The notes under the pieces: generated by a model
What the model saw: only the letters and a program-made list of their open reading frames with translations
Databases searched by the model: none
Told to the model about the DNA's origin: nothing
Origin: Chiloscyllium plagiosum
Lineage: Eukaryota
Direction of reading: 5' to 3'
DNA: 37,063 bases
Assembly: GCF_004010195.1 (NCBI RefSeq)
Contig: NC_057756.1
Coordinates: 4,594,413-4,631,475, forward strand
Translations under genes and position numbers: made by a program
Part shown: in pieces, positions 1 to 10,469 of the stretch
Layout of the letters: each line of letters starts with the position of its first letter
Position numbering within the stretch: position 1 is the stretch's first letter

Positions 1-145
1 AGCCTGACCCCTCCCAGTTATCTCTCAGCTGTCCTGGGCCTCCCCAACATTCCTGGTGAAGAGCTGATGCTTGAAACGTCGACTCTTTTGTTCCTTGGAT
101 GCTGCTTGACTGATTGTGCTATTCCAGCATCACACTATTTGACTT
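1..145 (+). repeat. 3' part of short Penelope-derived repeat with degenerate hammerhead motif
   Basis: ctggtgaagagctgatgcttgaaacgtcgac..ggatgctgc..ttccagca; same family as copies at 7367, 25577, 31429 and 34765. Confidence 0.7.
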
Positions 146-149
146 AAGC

Positions 150-1290
150 AGGAAAGCCAACCTGAAACATTGGAGGGGAACTTGAAAGGTATGCTTAGTG
201 AGGAAGATAGTGAGGATGACCAAACTCATCGCAGTCAAAGGCCTGGTGGGGATCTCATTAAATATATGCAAGCATTGCCTAAATTTCATTAGAAGGGTGC
301 AGAAGATATTTTCATCTCATTTGAGAAAATGACTAAAAAAATGAAGTAACCAGTGATTGTGTGGGTTTTGTTGATCCAAACAAAGTTGACATTAGACCTA
401 ATTATGAATTTGCATTACTATCAGAACAGATAAGTTGGTACTATGTGGAGGAGAAGAAAGTCATCTTGAGTGCGTATGAAGACTAGAAACAACGTTTCAG
501 GAACCTAAGGAAGGATTTTGGTTAAACAAATGTGAGTTAGAAAGGATCAAACAAAGAAATTTTGAAAGGGCATTAAAGTTAGATTAAACATAAGGAAACT
601 ATAATTTTAGAGTTCAAAACCTAACTTTCTGAAATAGTGAGAACTCATGTGGAAGAGCAGAGTGTTAAAATGGTAAGGGCTAGCAGCTGAAATGCATGAG
701 CATGAGTATGTTCATAAATCAAAATTCGCTTCCAACATCAATTTCAATCTGTGAGATACAGAAATTAAGAAAATGACAAATCCTCATGCAAGAAGTGAAA
801 AGTAGATCTCGGTGAAGAAAATAAAGATATCTTACCAGAGCATAAACCTGAAACCAAGGAGGGGGAAGAGAAGTTAAAAAGCTTCAATCTTTTCAATGCA
901 ATGAGTGGCCACATGAAATCATACTGTTGTTGGGTTAGAAGAAGTACTGGGAAGATGGAGTACGGAGAACAGGATCAGGCAGTAAAAGTGTTGAAGGGGA
1001 AAAGGAAAGCAAAGTAGAAGCTAAAAATCTGCACCATAATCGATAACCTGGTTGACGTTTGGTTAAGCAGGAAGGGCCGGATCTTCATAAACTATTTACT
1101 TGCGAAGGTAATTTTTACTCCTGTAAGCAAGGAGCATCACGTTATGATGTTACAGCATTAAGAGATGGGTCATGTTAATCTTTGATGTTGAAATATGGGG
1201 AGATATGCCAGTCAGAAAGACTATTTCTAGAAAATGTACTAGTTCATGAACTTCTTGGTGAGGTCATTGGTATTGTTTCAGGACTCCTTT
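150..1290 (+). mobile_element. Degenerate Gypsy (Gmr1-like) LTR retrotransposon gag/protease remnant
   Basis: Broken frames with ALPKF..FISFEK..WVLLIQTKL..ILSAYE..QRFRNLRK..VRTHVEEQ and a decayed CCHC knuckle near 885-930. Confidence 0.7.
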
Positions 1291-1310
1291 ACAGTTCAAC
1301 AATGACTTAC

Positions 1311-1854
1311 TCATTTTTTGCTGTGCAATACCGTGTCTAGGACAATGTAAATATTATATGGTTTCAGAATGTGCTTCACTGAGAAACTATTCAGCAAAGT
1401 TTCCATGATATCATTTTCTGGGACATATCTGCCCACTCGATTTGCCATTTGCCATGCAGCTTAAAATCTCCTCCAATTATAGAACATCTACAGTGGAGAG
1501 ACATGCCCTTCAGCCCAACAAGTCCACACCGACCCTCCAAAGAGTAACCCACCCAGCCCCTTTCCCCAACGTTTACCCCTGACAAATGCACGTAACCTAC
1601 ACATCCCTGGGCACTACTGGCAATTTAGCACGGAAGATTCATCTAACCTTTGCTGCAGTGGTCTTCTGACAGCCTCTGGCTGCTAATTCCATTTTTCTCC
1701 TCGATACGAAATATTTACTAAGAGTGACCCATGGCTCCAATCCCAAAAGTGAATATTTGACTTTGTAATTTATTAACGTTTTTTCAATTATTGTTTTCTA
1801 AACTATGGTCATCCCTTTGTTTAGTCTTATAACATCAAAAACAAGCAAACGTAT
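1311..1854 (-). pseudogene. Decayed death-domain-like exon interrupted by a SINE (1479-1649)
   Basis: Acceptor gttttcag| at 1855, TGA|GTAAGT at 1310; removing the SINE gives LLGLEPWVTLSKYFVSRRKMELAARGCQKTTAAKLEEIL/AAWQMANRVGRYVPENDIMETLLNSFSVKHILKPYNIYIVLDTVLHSKK*. Confidence 0.6.
1479..1649 (-). mobile_element. 5'-truncated HE1-like SINE inserted into the last death-domain exon
   Basis: Matches the 3' half of SINE copies at 15120-15420 and 26380-26660; CR1-like tail ctgtagatgttctat. Confidence 0.85.
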
Positions 1855-1872
1855 CTGAAAACATTTCCTAGT

Positions 1873-2820
1873 TCAAAGTTTGGGTGAAGATTTGTAGCTC
1901 GGGTGCTCGTTGTTGTGGTTCTGTTCGCCGAGCTGGAAATTTTTGTTGCAAACGTTTCGTCTCCTGTCTAGGTGACATCCTCAGTGCTTGGGAGACTCCT
2001 GTGAAGCGCTTCTGTGGTGTTTCCTCCGGCATTTATACTGGCTTGTCCCTGCCGCTTCTGGTTGTCAGTTTCAGCTGTCCGCTGCAGTGGCCGGTGTATT
2101 GGGTCCAGGTCGATGTGTTTGTTGATGGAGTTTGTAGATGAGTGCCATGCTTCTAGGAATTCTCTGGCTGTTCTTTGTTTGGCTTGCCCTATCATGGTAG
2201 TGTTGTCCCAGTCGAATTCAAGTTGCTTGTCTTCTGCGTGTGTGGCTACTAAGGATAGCTAGTCACGGCGTTTCGTGGCTAGGACTTATAACAGCACACA
2301 AACCAACAGCCACCCTCAGACAACAACTCACCAGAACGAAGGACCCGATACCCAGCGTGAGCAAAACTAATGTAATGTACAAAATCCCCTGCAAGGACTG
2401 CACAAAACACAATATAGGACAAACAGGAAGACAGCTAACGATCCGCATCCATGAACATTAACTAGCCACGAAACTCCACGACCAGCTATCCTTAGTAGCC
2501 ACACACGCAGAAGACAAGCAACTTGAATTCGACTGGGACAACACTACCATTATAGGGCAAGCCAAACAAAGAACAGCCAGGGAATTCCTAGAAGCATGGC
2601 ACTCATCCACAAACTTCATCAACAAACACATCGACCTGGACTCAATATACCGGCCACTACAGCGGATAGCTGAAACTGACAAACGGAAGCGGCAGGGACA
2701 GGGGAGGAAACACCACAGAAGCGCTTCACAGGAGGCTGTCACACTGAGGATGTCACCTAGACAGGGGACGAAACGTTTGCAACAAAAATTTTCAGCTCGG
2801 CAAACAGAACCACAGCAACC
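1873..2820. mobile_element. Penelope-like element 3' fragment with inverted duplication (minus 1873-2280, plus 2281-2820)
   Basis: GIY-YIG region VMYKIPCKDCTKHNIGQTGRQLTIRIHEH; arms are reverse complements; 9-bp TSD TTTCCTAGT at 1864-1872 and 2821-2829. Confidence 0.92.
2744..2780 (+). ncRNA. Minimal hammerhead ribozyme-like motif in Penelope terminal repeat (mirror copy on minus strand at 1948-1987)
   Basis: CUGAGGA - stem II GUCACCU/AGGGGAC - GAAAC GUU. Confidence 0.6.
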
Positions 2821-3039
2821 TTTCCTAGTGTTTATATTTCGTATTTATATGTCGTGTCCAATAATCAATACCTATTATAATTCTTTGTGTAACCATGTGC
2901 AATCACGACTAAACTTTTAATATATATTTGCTGCATTACATATGTAATTTTCAATATTGTAATCATGCTGGCACACGGCCTTTAGTTTTATTAATCTTTC
3001 AGTTACTTTTGATAAGGACTGATGTCATATGTTGGTTTA

Positions 3040-3552
3040 CTAACAATTTTCATTTTTTGTTTCTTCCTGTCACATTATATGTCTTGTACTAATAATCATT
3101 TGGCTTTATGTAGCACTTTGATTTGACATGTCTTCTCAAATTTGATGCATGCACTGAAAATTTTGCGTTAAATCCTCTCTACAACCAGTTATGCAGTGCT
3201 AACAAAACTGGCCCCAGTGTCTTTCAAGTGGAATCAACCCTTCAGAGTAGACACCATTTTCTCCACAACGTTTTCAACAACAAGAGTCAAATCTTCCATT
3301 TCAGTTTTGGCGAGGCATTGATTGTTGTTGTCTAGTTATTTGATGCAATTTTATTTCAAGTGTCAGAACTAATAAAGTATAGATTATCACCTTTGGAGTT
3401 CTCCATTCTTATTTGGAGATGAGATGTTACTTTATGTGATATCACAGCAGCTGCATGGACATGAAGACCGCAACCATTTTTCACACGATAATTTCTTCTC
3501 CAGTCTGTGCAGAGAACGCAAACCTCAGTAGACTGATACAGAACAGCCAATT
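3040..3552 (-). pseudogene. Decayed exon containing a TNFR1-like death domain with internal deletion (core 3154-3299)
   Basis: Acceptor aattttag| at 3553; MEDLTLVVENV / WRKWCLL*RVDST*KTLGPVLLAL / ITGCREDLTQNFQ across two frameshifts; 3' boundary approximate. Confidence 0.65.
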
Positions 3553-3737
3553 CTAAAATTTAGTGAGCTAAAATAGTCAGCTCTGTCATACAGCACTTAA
3601 ATAAATGTCCAGTTACTATACGAGCATAACAAACAATGTTCACTATTTGATAATTGCGAATCAGGAAACTGGGACAATTACATCTGTTCCAGAAACATAA
3701 TGCACCGAATTTGATGAAATTGTACCTGTACATGTAC

Positions 3738-4194
3738 CTGCGTTTCATTTATAGCATTTCTTCTGTGTCCATCTCGGTTGATGTTTCTTCTTTAGACTTA
3801 TGAATGCAATGGGCTACATCCTTGTCACTGTGTTCACCTTCACCATATTTCTCATAAAATTCGAATATCACTCCCTGCGCAACAATTTTACCAAACTGGA
3901 TATGTGATGTGTTATCACTACGCAAAGCAGATTTCAGTTTCCCTTATTTGACTTCCTTGACTCCAAGTATTCCGGCAAACAGTTGCTTGCTTCATCCCTT
4001 GCGGATTAATTCAGATAAAACAGATTTTTTTTTTGCATTCGGTTCAAGACAATGTGGATATCATTCGGTAAGCAGGCATTTACTGCTTATCACAAAAAGT
4101 CAAATATGCCAGCTTTAGTTTCTCTTTTGTATAAATTGTTAATGCTTATTCGGTTGCCTTATGTTGGATTTAATTCACTTTCACCCCTTAATTT
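3738..4194 (-). pseudogene. Decayed CARD-like exon 3 (457 nt)
   Basis: Acceptor tgttattag| at 4195, donor CAG|GTACAT at 3737; frameshifted pieces LPNDIHIVLNRMQKKNL / SELIRKG*SKQLFAGILGVKEVK*GKLKSALRSDNTSHIQFGKIVAQ; size and donor context match exon 30692-31143. Confidence 0.5.
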
Positions 4195-4299
4195 CTAATA
4201 ACAGAATGTCCCATGGGAGGATTTGAACTTATTTTGAAATGTCAAAAACGATAACATCGTTTTTGTTTGTTGTTAGAGTATGGGAATATTTCCAAAATG

Positions 4300-4674
4300 A
4301 TATCCACTTAAAAATCATTCATGTTATAATGTTGTGATTATTATGGCTGTTTTCGGTTGTTGTTTTTATTTCGCTTGAACAGTTCGTGTGGTGTTCCTTT
4401 CTATGATGCCCACAAGAATTCCACATTTCTCATGAACAAACAGTCCAAACACTTTAATTTTCGAAAATGACGTTGACAGATTTTTTTAATGCAACTTGCT
4501 TCGTTTTGGCTAACGTGTGTTTGATTAGTCTCTGTTATCCAACAGGAATTAGATTGTCTTTTGCAAATATCGTGCCCAGTGTAGTGACAGAAATTTAATA
4601 GAATATAGTGACATGCAAAAGTAGTTCAGCTGTGCACTTTATTTCAATTCAAAATAAAGGTTTTGCAAAGTCCT
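4300..4674 (-). pseudogene. Decayed CARD-like exon 2
   Basis: Acceptor taatttag| at 4675; EDFAKPLF*IEIKCTAELLLHVTIFY*ISVTTLGTIFAKDNLIPVG*QRLIKHTLAKTKQVALKKSVNVIFEN*...RKEH/ELFKR (frameshift); donor not identified. Confidence 0.4.
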
Positions 4675-6289
4675 CTAAATTACTGTTTAAGTCACAGCGG
4701 CTTCGTTCATTGAATACTCAATTGCAAAATCATAGCGAGAAATATTTAAGAATAATTGTTATGTTGTCTTTGTTGATTCACAGCCATCACTCTTTTGAAT
4801 ATTATTTCTGATTGATACCAATTAATAAAGCACATAACATGAAAAATAGGCTATAATATTTGAAGTGGCTTTCAATGGAAAGCATCGACAGAAAGGTGCA
4901 ATGATATGATTTTTAGGTAAACTGTCATTCCTTAGTTTCCAGGAGAATTGTTTGAAAATGTTTACCGTTCAGAACACAAACGGGTGCTGATCAGAATTTA
5001 TGAAAACAGGTTTCAGTTATCAAATGCTGCATGATGACGTTTTGAGTCATTGCTTTATCTATGGTGAGTTTGGTTAAGTATATGACAACAAAAGTTTGCA
5101 AATTTAATACCCGCCTAAGTTACTGAAGTATTTTTAATGCACTCATTATCGATAAGAAATGTCACCGTCAGAATGAACTACTAGTAATCCATGAAAATTC
5201 AACCTAAAAGTTTAAATGAATTACTCAAAGCGATTGATATATGTTCTGATTTTTTAAAAATTTGCAATGCCATCCTTTTGGAATATCCAATTGAACATGA
5301 CTTTGGAAGTACATAAATTGTCAAAATCAAATGTAAAATGATTGTAATTAATCCATACATTGATCTAATGTGTTCACCCCGTTCCCTGTTCCCTATTCCC
5401 TGAACGCAATGAATATGAAACATGTTGAACGAGCAGAGATTCTTGAAAATATGTTATGCCCCTCGTAATATTCTTTAAGAATGTCATAAGCTCTGTTCAC
5501 GACAGGAGGCACACAACTACTTCATAATAGAGCATTTACCAGATGCAGAAAGCAATGGTTCTATGAAGATTTCGAAATTAGAAGCTATATATGGTTGAGA
5601 CATATTATACTGAGACATGTTATACTTACTCCTCTAATGTGTAGAATCAGTCTCAACTGTCTCTTTAATATGTCGTTCCCCTAAATTAAATCCAATCCTT
5701 TTCGATTTGAAGTAATCAATGCATATTCCTTCTATTTTCTCCTCAGTAAGTGTGTATCATACATGTCACAAAAGTTCGATGAAATAAATTGATTTTTTTT
5801 TGTATGTGATGCCTAAATTTAAAAGGCGTGCATGGTCTCTGAGGTTTTTGATCTGGAGAAACCTGCAAGGTACTGTGTCCAGAATCTATGCCGTTTTGAA
5901 CCGTTTAGCAAATTATAAAAGTGCTATTCTTAGATATGTGTGTTTTATTTTCAAATTTAATTGAGTGTACATGGCAACTTGTGTGGTTTGCAGTTTGCAA
6001 AAGGGTGACTTAATGGGCACGAACTGATCAACTTGATTCGTTTGCTTTGATCATCAAATCTTGCTGAAGCATTATACCAAATTTAAAAGAGGATTATGCG
6101 CTTTAATTTGGCAAACGAAAGGTAACTGTTGATGCTCAGTAATCTCTCGATTGCGAACAGTCAAACTTCAGTGTTACCATGACCTGCTGGTCATTGAAAA
6201 GTGTGATAATTGAAAACTAAAAATCTATAACGAAACATCTGAATCAATGGATCAATTGTGAAAAAATACATAAATATATTCTGCACTAC

Positions 6290-6645
6290 CACTTGTCAGA
6301 TATATTTGTAGATGAATTATGTATCCTAGAAGTCATATGATGGAGAACTGTCTTAGCAATTAAAGATAAAATACTGATGCTTTATATTTCCTTTCTTTCA
6401 TTAATTAAAATAAAATTGGTATGTGGAGCAAGTTGTCGCAATCTTTATTTGCCACATTCTCCTTTGCAGAGACTTGTCCTAATTCAGACTGTTAGAGTGC
6501 ATCTCAGCAAAGGTTTGTCAAACAAATGTTGCCTCAAGCAGCTTCAGTGACAAGGCATCAATCTTAAGGAGTCCAAACAGTGCATTCTTCTCATTCCACA
6601 TGATATGGTATTTCTTTTTGAAATTTTCCGTCCAAGCTAATCTCC
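6290..6645 (-). pseudogene. CARD-like exon 1; open for 42 codons, then TGA at 6520-6518 and further lesions
   Basis: Strong acceptor ttttcttcccattttcag| at 6646; RLAWTENFKKKYHIMWNEKNALFGLLKIDALSLKLLEATFV*QTFAEMHSNSLN*DK shows CARD helix 1-4 hydrophobic spacing by eye; donor at 6289 tentative. Confidence 0.6.
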
Positions 6646-6761
6646 CTGAAAATGGGAAGAAAATAATAGTTTGCCAGCAAGTTTTTTTTTGTTATAATGC
6701 AATCTAGTGAGTCTGTATTAGTGATTAATCTTCAAATTTCACTCTGGTGTCATCACGTCAC

Positions 6762-6863
6762 GTGAAGGTTCGTTAATGAAAGTTGGGTTATCATAGCTTG
6801 GACCAGTTGTAGTAGCAGAAGCTGTCTCTCTTTTTCTTCGAGATCTTGCTAACCTTTCGCAAA
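6762..6863 (-). CDS. Gene A juxtamembrane cytoplasmic exon (102 nt, phase 1-1) CERLARSRRKRETASATTTGPSYDNPTFINEPS
   Basis: Acceptor tttcatttcatgcag| at 6864; donor C|GTGACG at 6761 (moderate); open frame, basic cluster, YDNPTF motif; in frame with the TM exon and the next exon. Confidence 0.7.
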
Positions 6864-7051
6864 CTGCATGAAATGAAATAGATATCATCTTCTTAAAATG
6901 CAAACATATTCACTTGCATATCGAAACATAAGCACTGACATGCAAATATCTTAGGTTCATTCAAGACATGCAATTTCTCCCTTTAACATTTACAATCGCA
7001 GTATACGTTTGTTTGAAATATTTCGTGTCAGTTAAATTCATTGTAACTCAC

Positions 7052-7178
7052 CAAATTCGTGTTTGTGAAAACAATAAATAAACAAAGGGAGAAACAATAC
7101 CAACGACCGTGCAGTGGTCATGATACTTAGGCAGAGAATTCCAGAGCTGGAACTATGACGCAGTGGCCAGGAGCTCAT
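7052..7178 (-). CDS. Candidate exon ending at a consensus donor; open frame MSSWPLRHSSSSGILCLSIMTTARSLVLFLPLFIYCFHKHEF; 5' boundary uncertain
   Basis: Donor TTG|GTGAGT at 7051, phase 1, in frame with the exon at 6863; ATGs at 7178 and 7121. The hydrophobic reading may only reflect a T-rich tract. Confidence 0.4.
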
Positions 7179-7366
7179 TGTCCCCTCGTTGCAAATGGAG
7201 ATTTAAAATATATATATATTAAATTAATCTGGAATAAATCGTCTAGTATCATTATTGTCAGCCGTGAAACGCTTGGTTTCTTCAAATAAAACATCTATTT
7301 CACTAAAAATGTTAACAAAAGCAACGTTACTTTCCTTGGCAGGGTTCTAGGCAACCATTAATTAGT

Positions 7367-7476
7367 GAGGTAATTAATTCCTGATTCCTGATGAAGGGCT
7401 TTTGCCCGAAACCTCGATTTTGCTGCTCGTCGGATGCTGCCTGAATTGCTGTGCTCTTCCAGCACCACTGATCCAG
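7367..7476 (+). repeat. Short Penelope-derived insertion with hammerhead-like core
   Basis: CTGATGA(7388-7394) a GGGC tttt GCCC GAAAC; 14-bp TSD AACCATTAATTAGT at 7353-7366 and 7477-7490. Confidence 0.85.
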
Positions 7477-7923
7477 AACCATTAATTAGTCTCAATTCTA
7501 AATTTGACATACGACAGTCTTGCCACAATTTAACTGCAGAGACCCATCAGTAATGCAAACACATTATACAGAATAAAGTTGCTGGCAGGCTTACGAACAT
7601 GAAATACCAAGTTATAAATTATTTAGAGCGAAAAACTAGAGCTCTGAATAAACTTAGATAAAATTATCATTGTCATTATCGTAAAATAACTTTTAAAATA
7701 ATAATATTAAAGAAAGACATGCACATTTAAGCACATGTGGAAATAACGAAAATGGTGAGGAGCATCCTAAACCTAAAGCCTGATCTGGAAAATAACACAA
7801 GTCTGCGCCAAGCATGTTTCCTAACACTGTTACTTTATTCACTGAACCAACGAATAAGCAAAAATCTGTTCATATCAGCCTGAAACATCTTAAGCAAAAG
7901 GACATTACATATCTCTGGAGCGA

Positions 7924-8569
7924 TGTGATGATGATGATCCTTTAAAAAAAGATTGTGCTGTCCTCGTTTCTTTTTACAGGGTCTGTAAATGCAAGACAAT
8001 TTGGGAGGCCCAGATTTAATGGGTGTAATTTAATTATAGCTAACCAATACTGCCGTAGGCAGAAAACATGCAGTTGGTAAAAAAGATCTTGCACGATGAA
8101 GGGAAAGTGATCGGTTCTCCCAGCTCAGTTTCTATTTGGTTTGGTCTTTGTTTTGAAAGCACTCTGGCGGTTTATGGCTGTCAGCCAGTTGTGAAGCTGC
8201 TGGACAAAAGAAGCAGGTCCATGTTGATCCTCCCTCCCTCCGACGACTCTCCTGTTAGAATCTGTGTTGGATGTTTCATTTTTGTGCAAAGGGATGTTTA
8301 TGGGGATTGTTGCAGGTAATTGGAACAATATCATTAAGTTGAGATAATTTATTGGTTTTTTTGGACAGATTAAGTTATTCCATGTTTTGTTCCCTTTTGT
8401 TTGTGTTTCGCTGGGTAATCGCACAAATAAATTTTGTTTTGTTTAAAACTGTGGTTGGGCCAGCTACATCACTCCTGAATTATCCACTGTGCACCTGCTA
8501 AGACAAACAAATGAGTGTCTGGGATGCATTCTAGAAATGTTTTGAGGGAATCTGGCCTTGTTCATAACA
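7924..8569 (+). mobile_element. Probable solo LTR
   Basis: TGTGATGA...TCATAACA imperfect inverted ends, AATAAA near 8426, about 650 bp; no clear TSD. Confidence 0.6.
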
Positions 8570-9478
8570 ATTGGTTCCCAAATATCCACGATTTCGCCAC
8601 ATGAGACGTTTCTGTTTCTGTTCCCGAAAATACAAATCAAAAGCTCACTTCCACTCTTTCATAGGTTACATAGGCAGCATAGGCAAATATTCTTACACAT
8701 TTTATCAATGAGTTCGACTGACATTCATCGAAAGTCCAGGGTGTACGACTGAATTCAGTCAATGTTTCATCATTGGACGAAGGTCTCATTTATAATCAAA
8801 TCCAGTGAGCTCTCCTTGTACTGATTACCACGCATATGCCTGACTCCTTATCTGACACAAGAATTACTAAAGTGTATCATGTGCATCTTACCAGTGCACT
8901 GTAGAACTACAACCTTATTCTCGACTTTTGTCAGTGTTAATGTTGTTATTATTATTATGATTACCTTAGCAATAAAAGCAGTAGCAGTAGTACTATTGGT
9001 CGGAGTAACACTAGTATCGTATTGAAATTGGGGTCGTTTATCTCAGTTGGCTGAACAGCTGGTTAGGCTGGATTCAATACTTTGCCTTGCTTTGAGGTTA
9101 TATTGAAGGACTCTCCTTCTCAGTCTTTCCCCAAGAAGCGGTAACTTTAAGCCACAGCCAGCTATCTGTCGCCCTAATGCAAGAGCAACCCAGTGACCTG
9201 TTAAGGCTATGATAATATCTTGATGATTTTAAAGTTCCATCTCAAAATCAGTGTGTTACATGTTTTTTTCCAATTTCATGTACCGTCTTTTTTCAGTTAT
9301 GTAGTCCAACGTTTGGGCAATGGAATCTCATTGGTTTGATTACCGCTTCTAGATGCAATACTGGTGTGATACATCTTTACATTATTCAGGATGACTGACG
9401 ACGGGAATTCCACCACTCTTATTGTAAAATACATAGAACATTTATTGCAATTTAAAAGATTGTATTCAAATTTATTAC

Positions 9479-9504
9479 CAAAAACAGACTCCACAGTATT
9501 TCTG
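9479..9504 (-). pseudogene. Gene A candidate mini-exon (23/26 nt, CAGCAG acceptor)
   Basis: ttcctttcag|cagaaatactgtggagtctgtttttg|gtaata; similar in size, acceptor type and sequence to the mini-exon at 33273-33297. Confidence 0.4.
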
Positions 9505-9621
9505 CTGAAAGGAACCATATCACTTCCTTTTCCTCCGCAGAGTAAGTGCTGTTATCAATGTTTGATGGGATCTTTCTTTTGCTCCCAACAAACTGCATGA
9601 ACCTACGGTGCTCTACACTAC

Positions 9622-9665
9622 CTCCACTTTCTAAACGTCGACTTTACTATGCAAATTTGTGAATT
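9622..9665 (-). CDS. Gene A candidate small cytoplasmic exon (44 nt), QFTNLHSKVDV* with TAG at 9633-9631
   Basis: Good acceptor tgttttctcattcag| at 9666; weak donor gtagtg at 9621; if used after the TM exon it ends a 146-aa protein. Confidence 0.4.
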
Positions 9666-9829
9666 CTGAATGAGAAAACAGCCATGGTCTGGTTTCAGAA
9701 GAAAAATCATTTCGCAACGAAATACAAATGGGAATATCTAGCCAAATAGTATATTGTCAGAAGCACTTGACGATGGAAAACGATGTTTTTATGGTATTAA
9801 TGAAATAAGTCAAAAAAGTTCATACTTAC

Positions 9830-9925
9830 GTTTGTCACATTGCACCCAAATGCAAAGTGATAAGACACATAAAACGAACAGTAGTGCAAGAGCGCCAAAT
9901 GCAATTCCAATATAACTTCCAATTC
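9830..9925 (-). CDS. Gene A exon: transmembrane helix (96 nt, phase 1-1)
   Basis: Acceptor ttttatag| at 9926, donor C|GTAAGT at 9829; translation (G)IGSYIGIAFGALALLFVLCVLSLCIWVQCDK. Confidence 0.9.
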
Positions 9926-10469
9926 CTATAAAATAATATAAGAATGAAACCAAATCTGATCTTAACTTTTGAAAAACTAAAAGCACATTAATTCATATCT
10001 TAGGTGTTATAGTCCACAATAGTGAAATGCATTTGATTTTTTTTTTGCGATGAAAGAAATAATTCCAAAGTGCAACTGAATAGTATAGGTGTTCTAAAAG
10101 CAATAGACACAGATGTAGATGCATTTAATACAGATGTTCATTCGTAAAATGTTGTTGAAGACAAATGACATGGCATTTGTAAATTGCAAAACTGAGAATT
10201 GGGGGTGGTCGTGAAGCAGAGTAGGAAAATCTGCTGGTTCACGTTACAAGAAGCCCAGAAAGGGCGGTTGTCATTGTTGGAGGTAAGCAGATACCTGGAT
10301 GTCAATACAAACTTTCACAGGGTCGTGCAACATCATAAGTTGCTTATGGAATACTCTTGCCTCCAAAATATAGTGAGTGATCTGTATAACTGTTGATGAT
10401 TCTGCAACTTTGAGCAACGTGCGTCTGTTCTCGAGTACGCCAGCAGTTGGAGTCGAACTCTCGCAAGCA

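Noticed and set aside
3738..3896. FGKIVAQGVIFEFYE..HCIHKS read as a MET/RON-like kinase N-lobe
   Set aside because: No GxGxxG, and no HRD, DFG or other kinase exons downstream; the segment fits better as the 3' end of the 457-nt exon paralogous to 30692-31143
4925..5202. Possible further CARD-like exon (LQ*LRRVLNLQTFVVIYLTKLTIDKAMTQNV) after an acceptor at 5203
   Set aside because: Frame does not connect to the acceptor, several stops, and the pattern is too weak to separate from AT-rich noise
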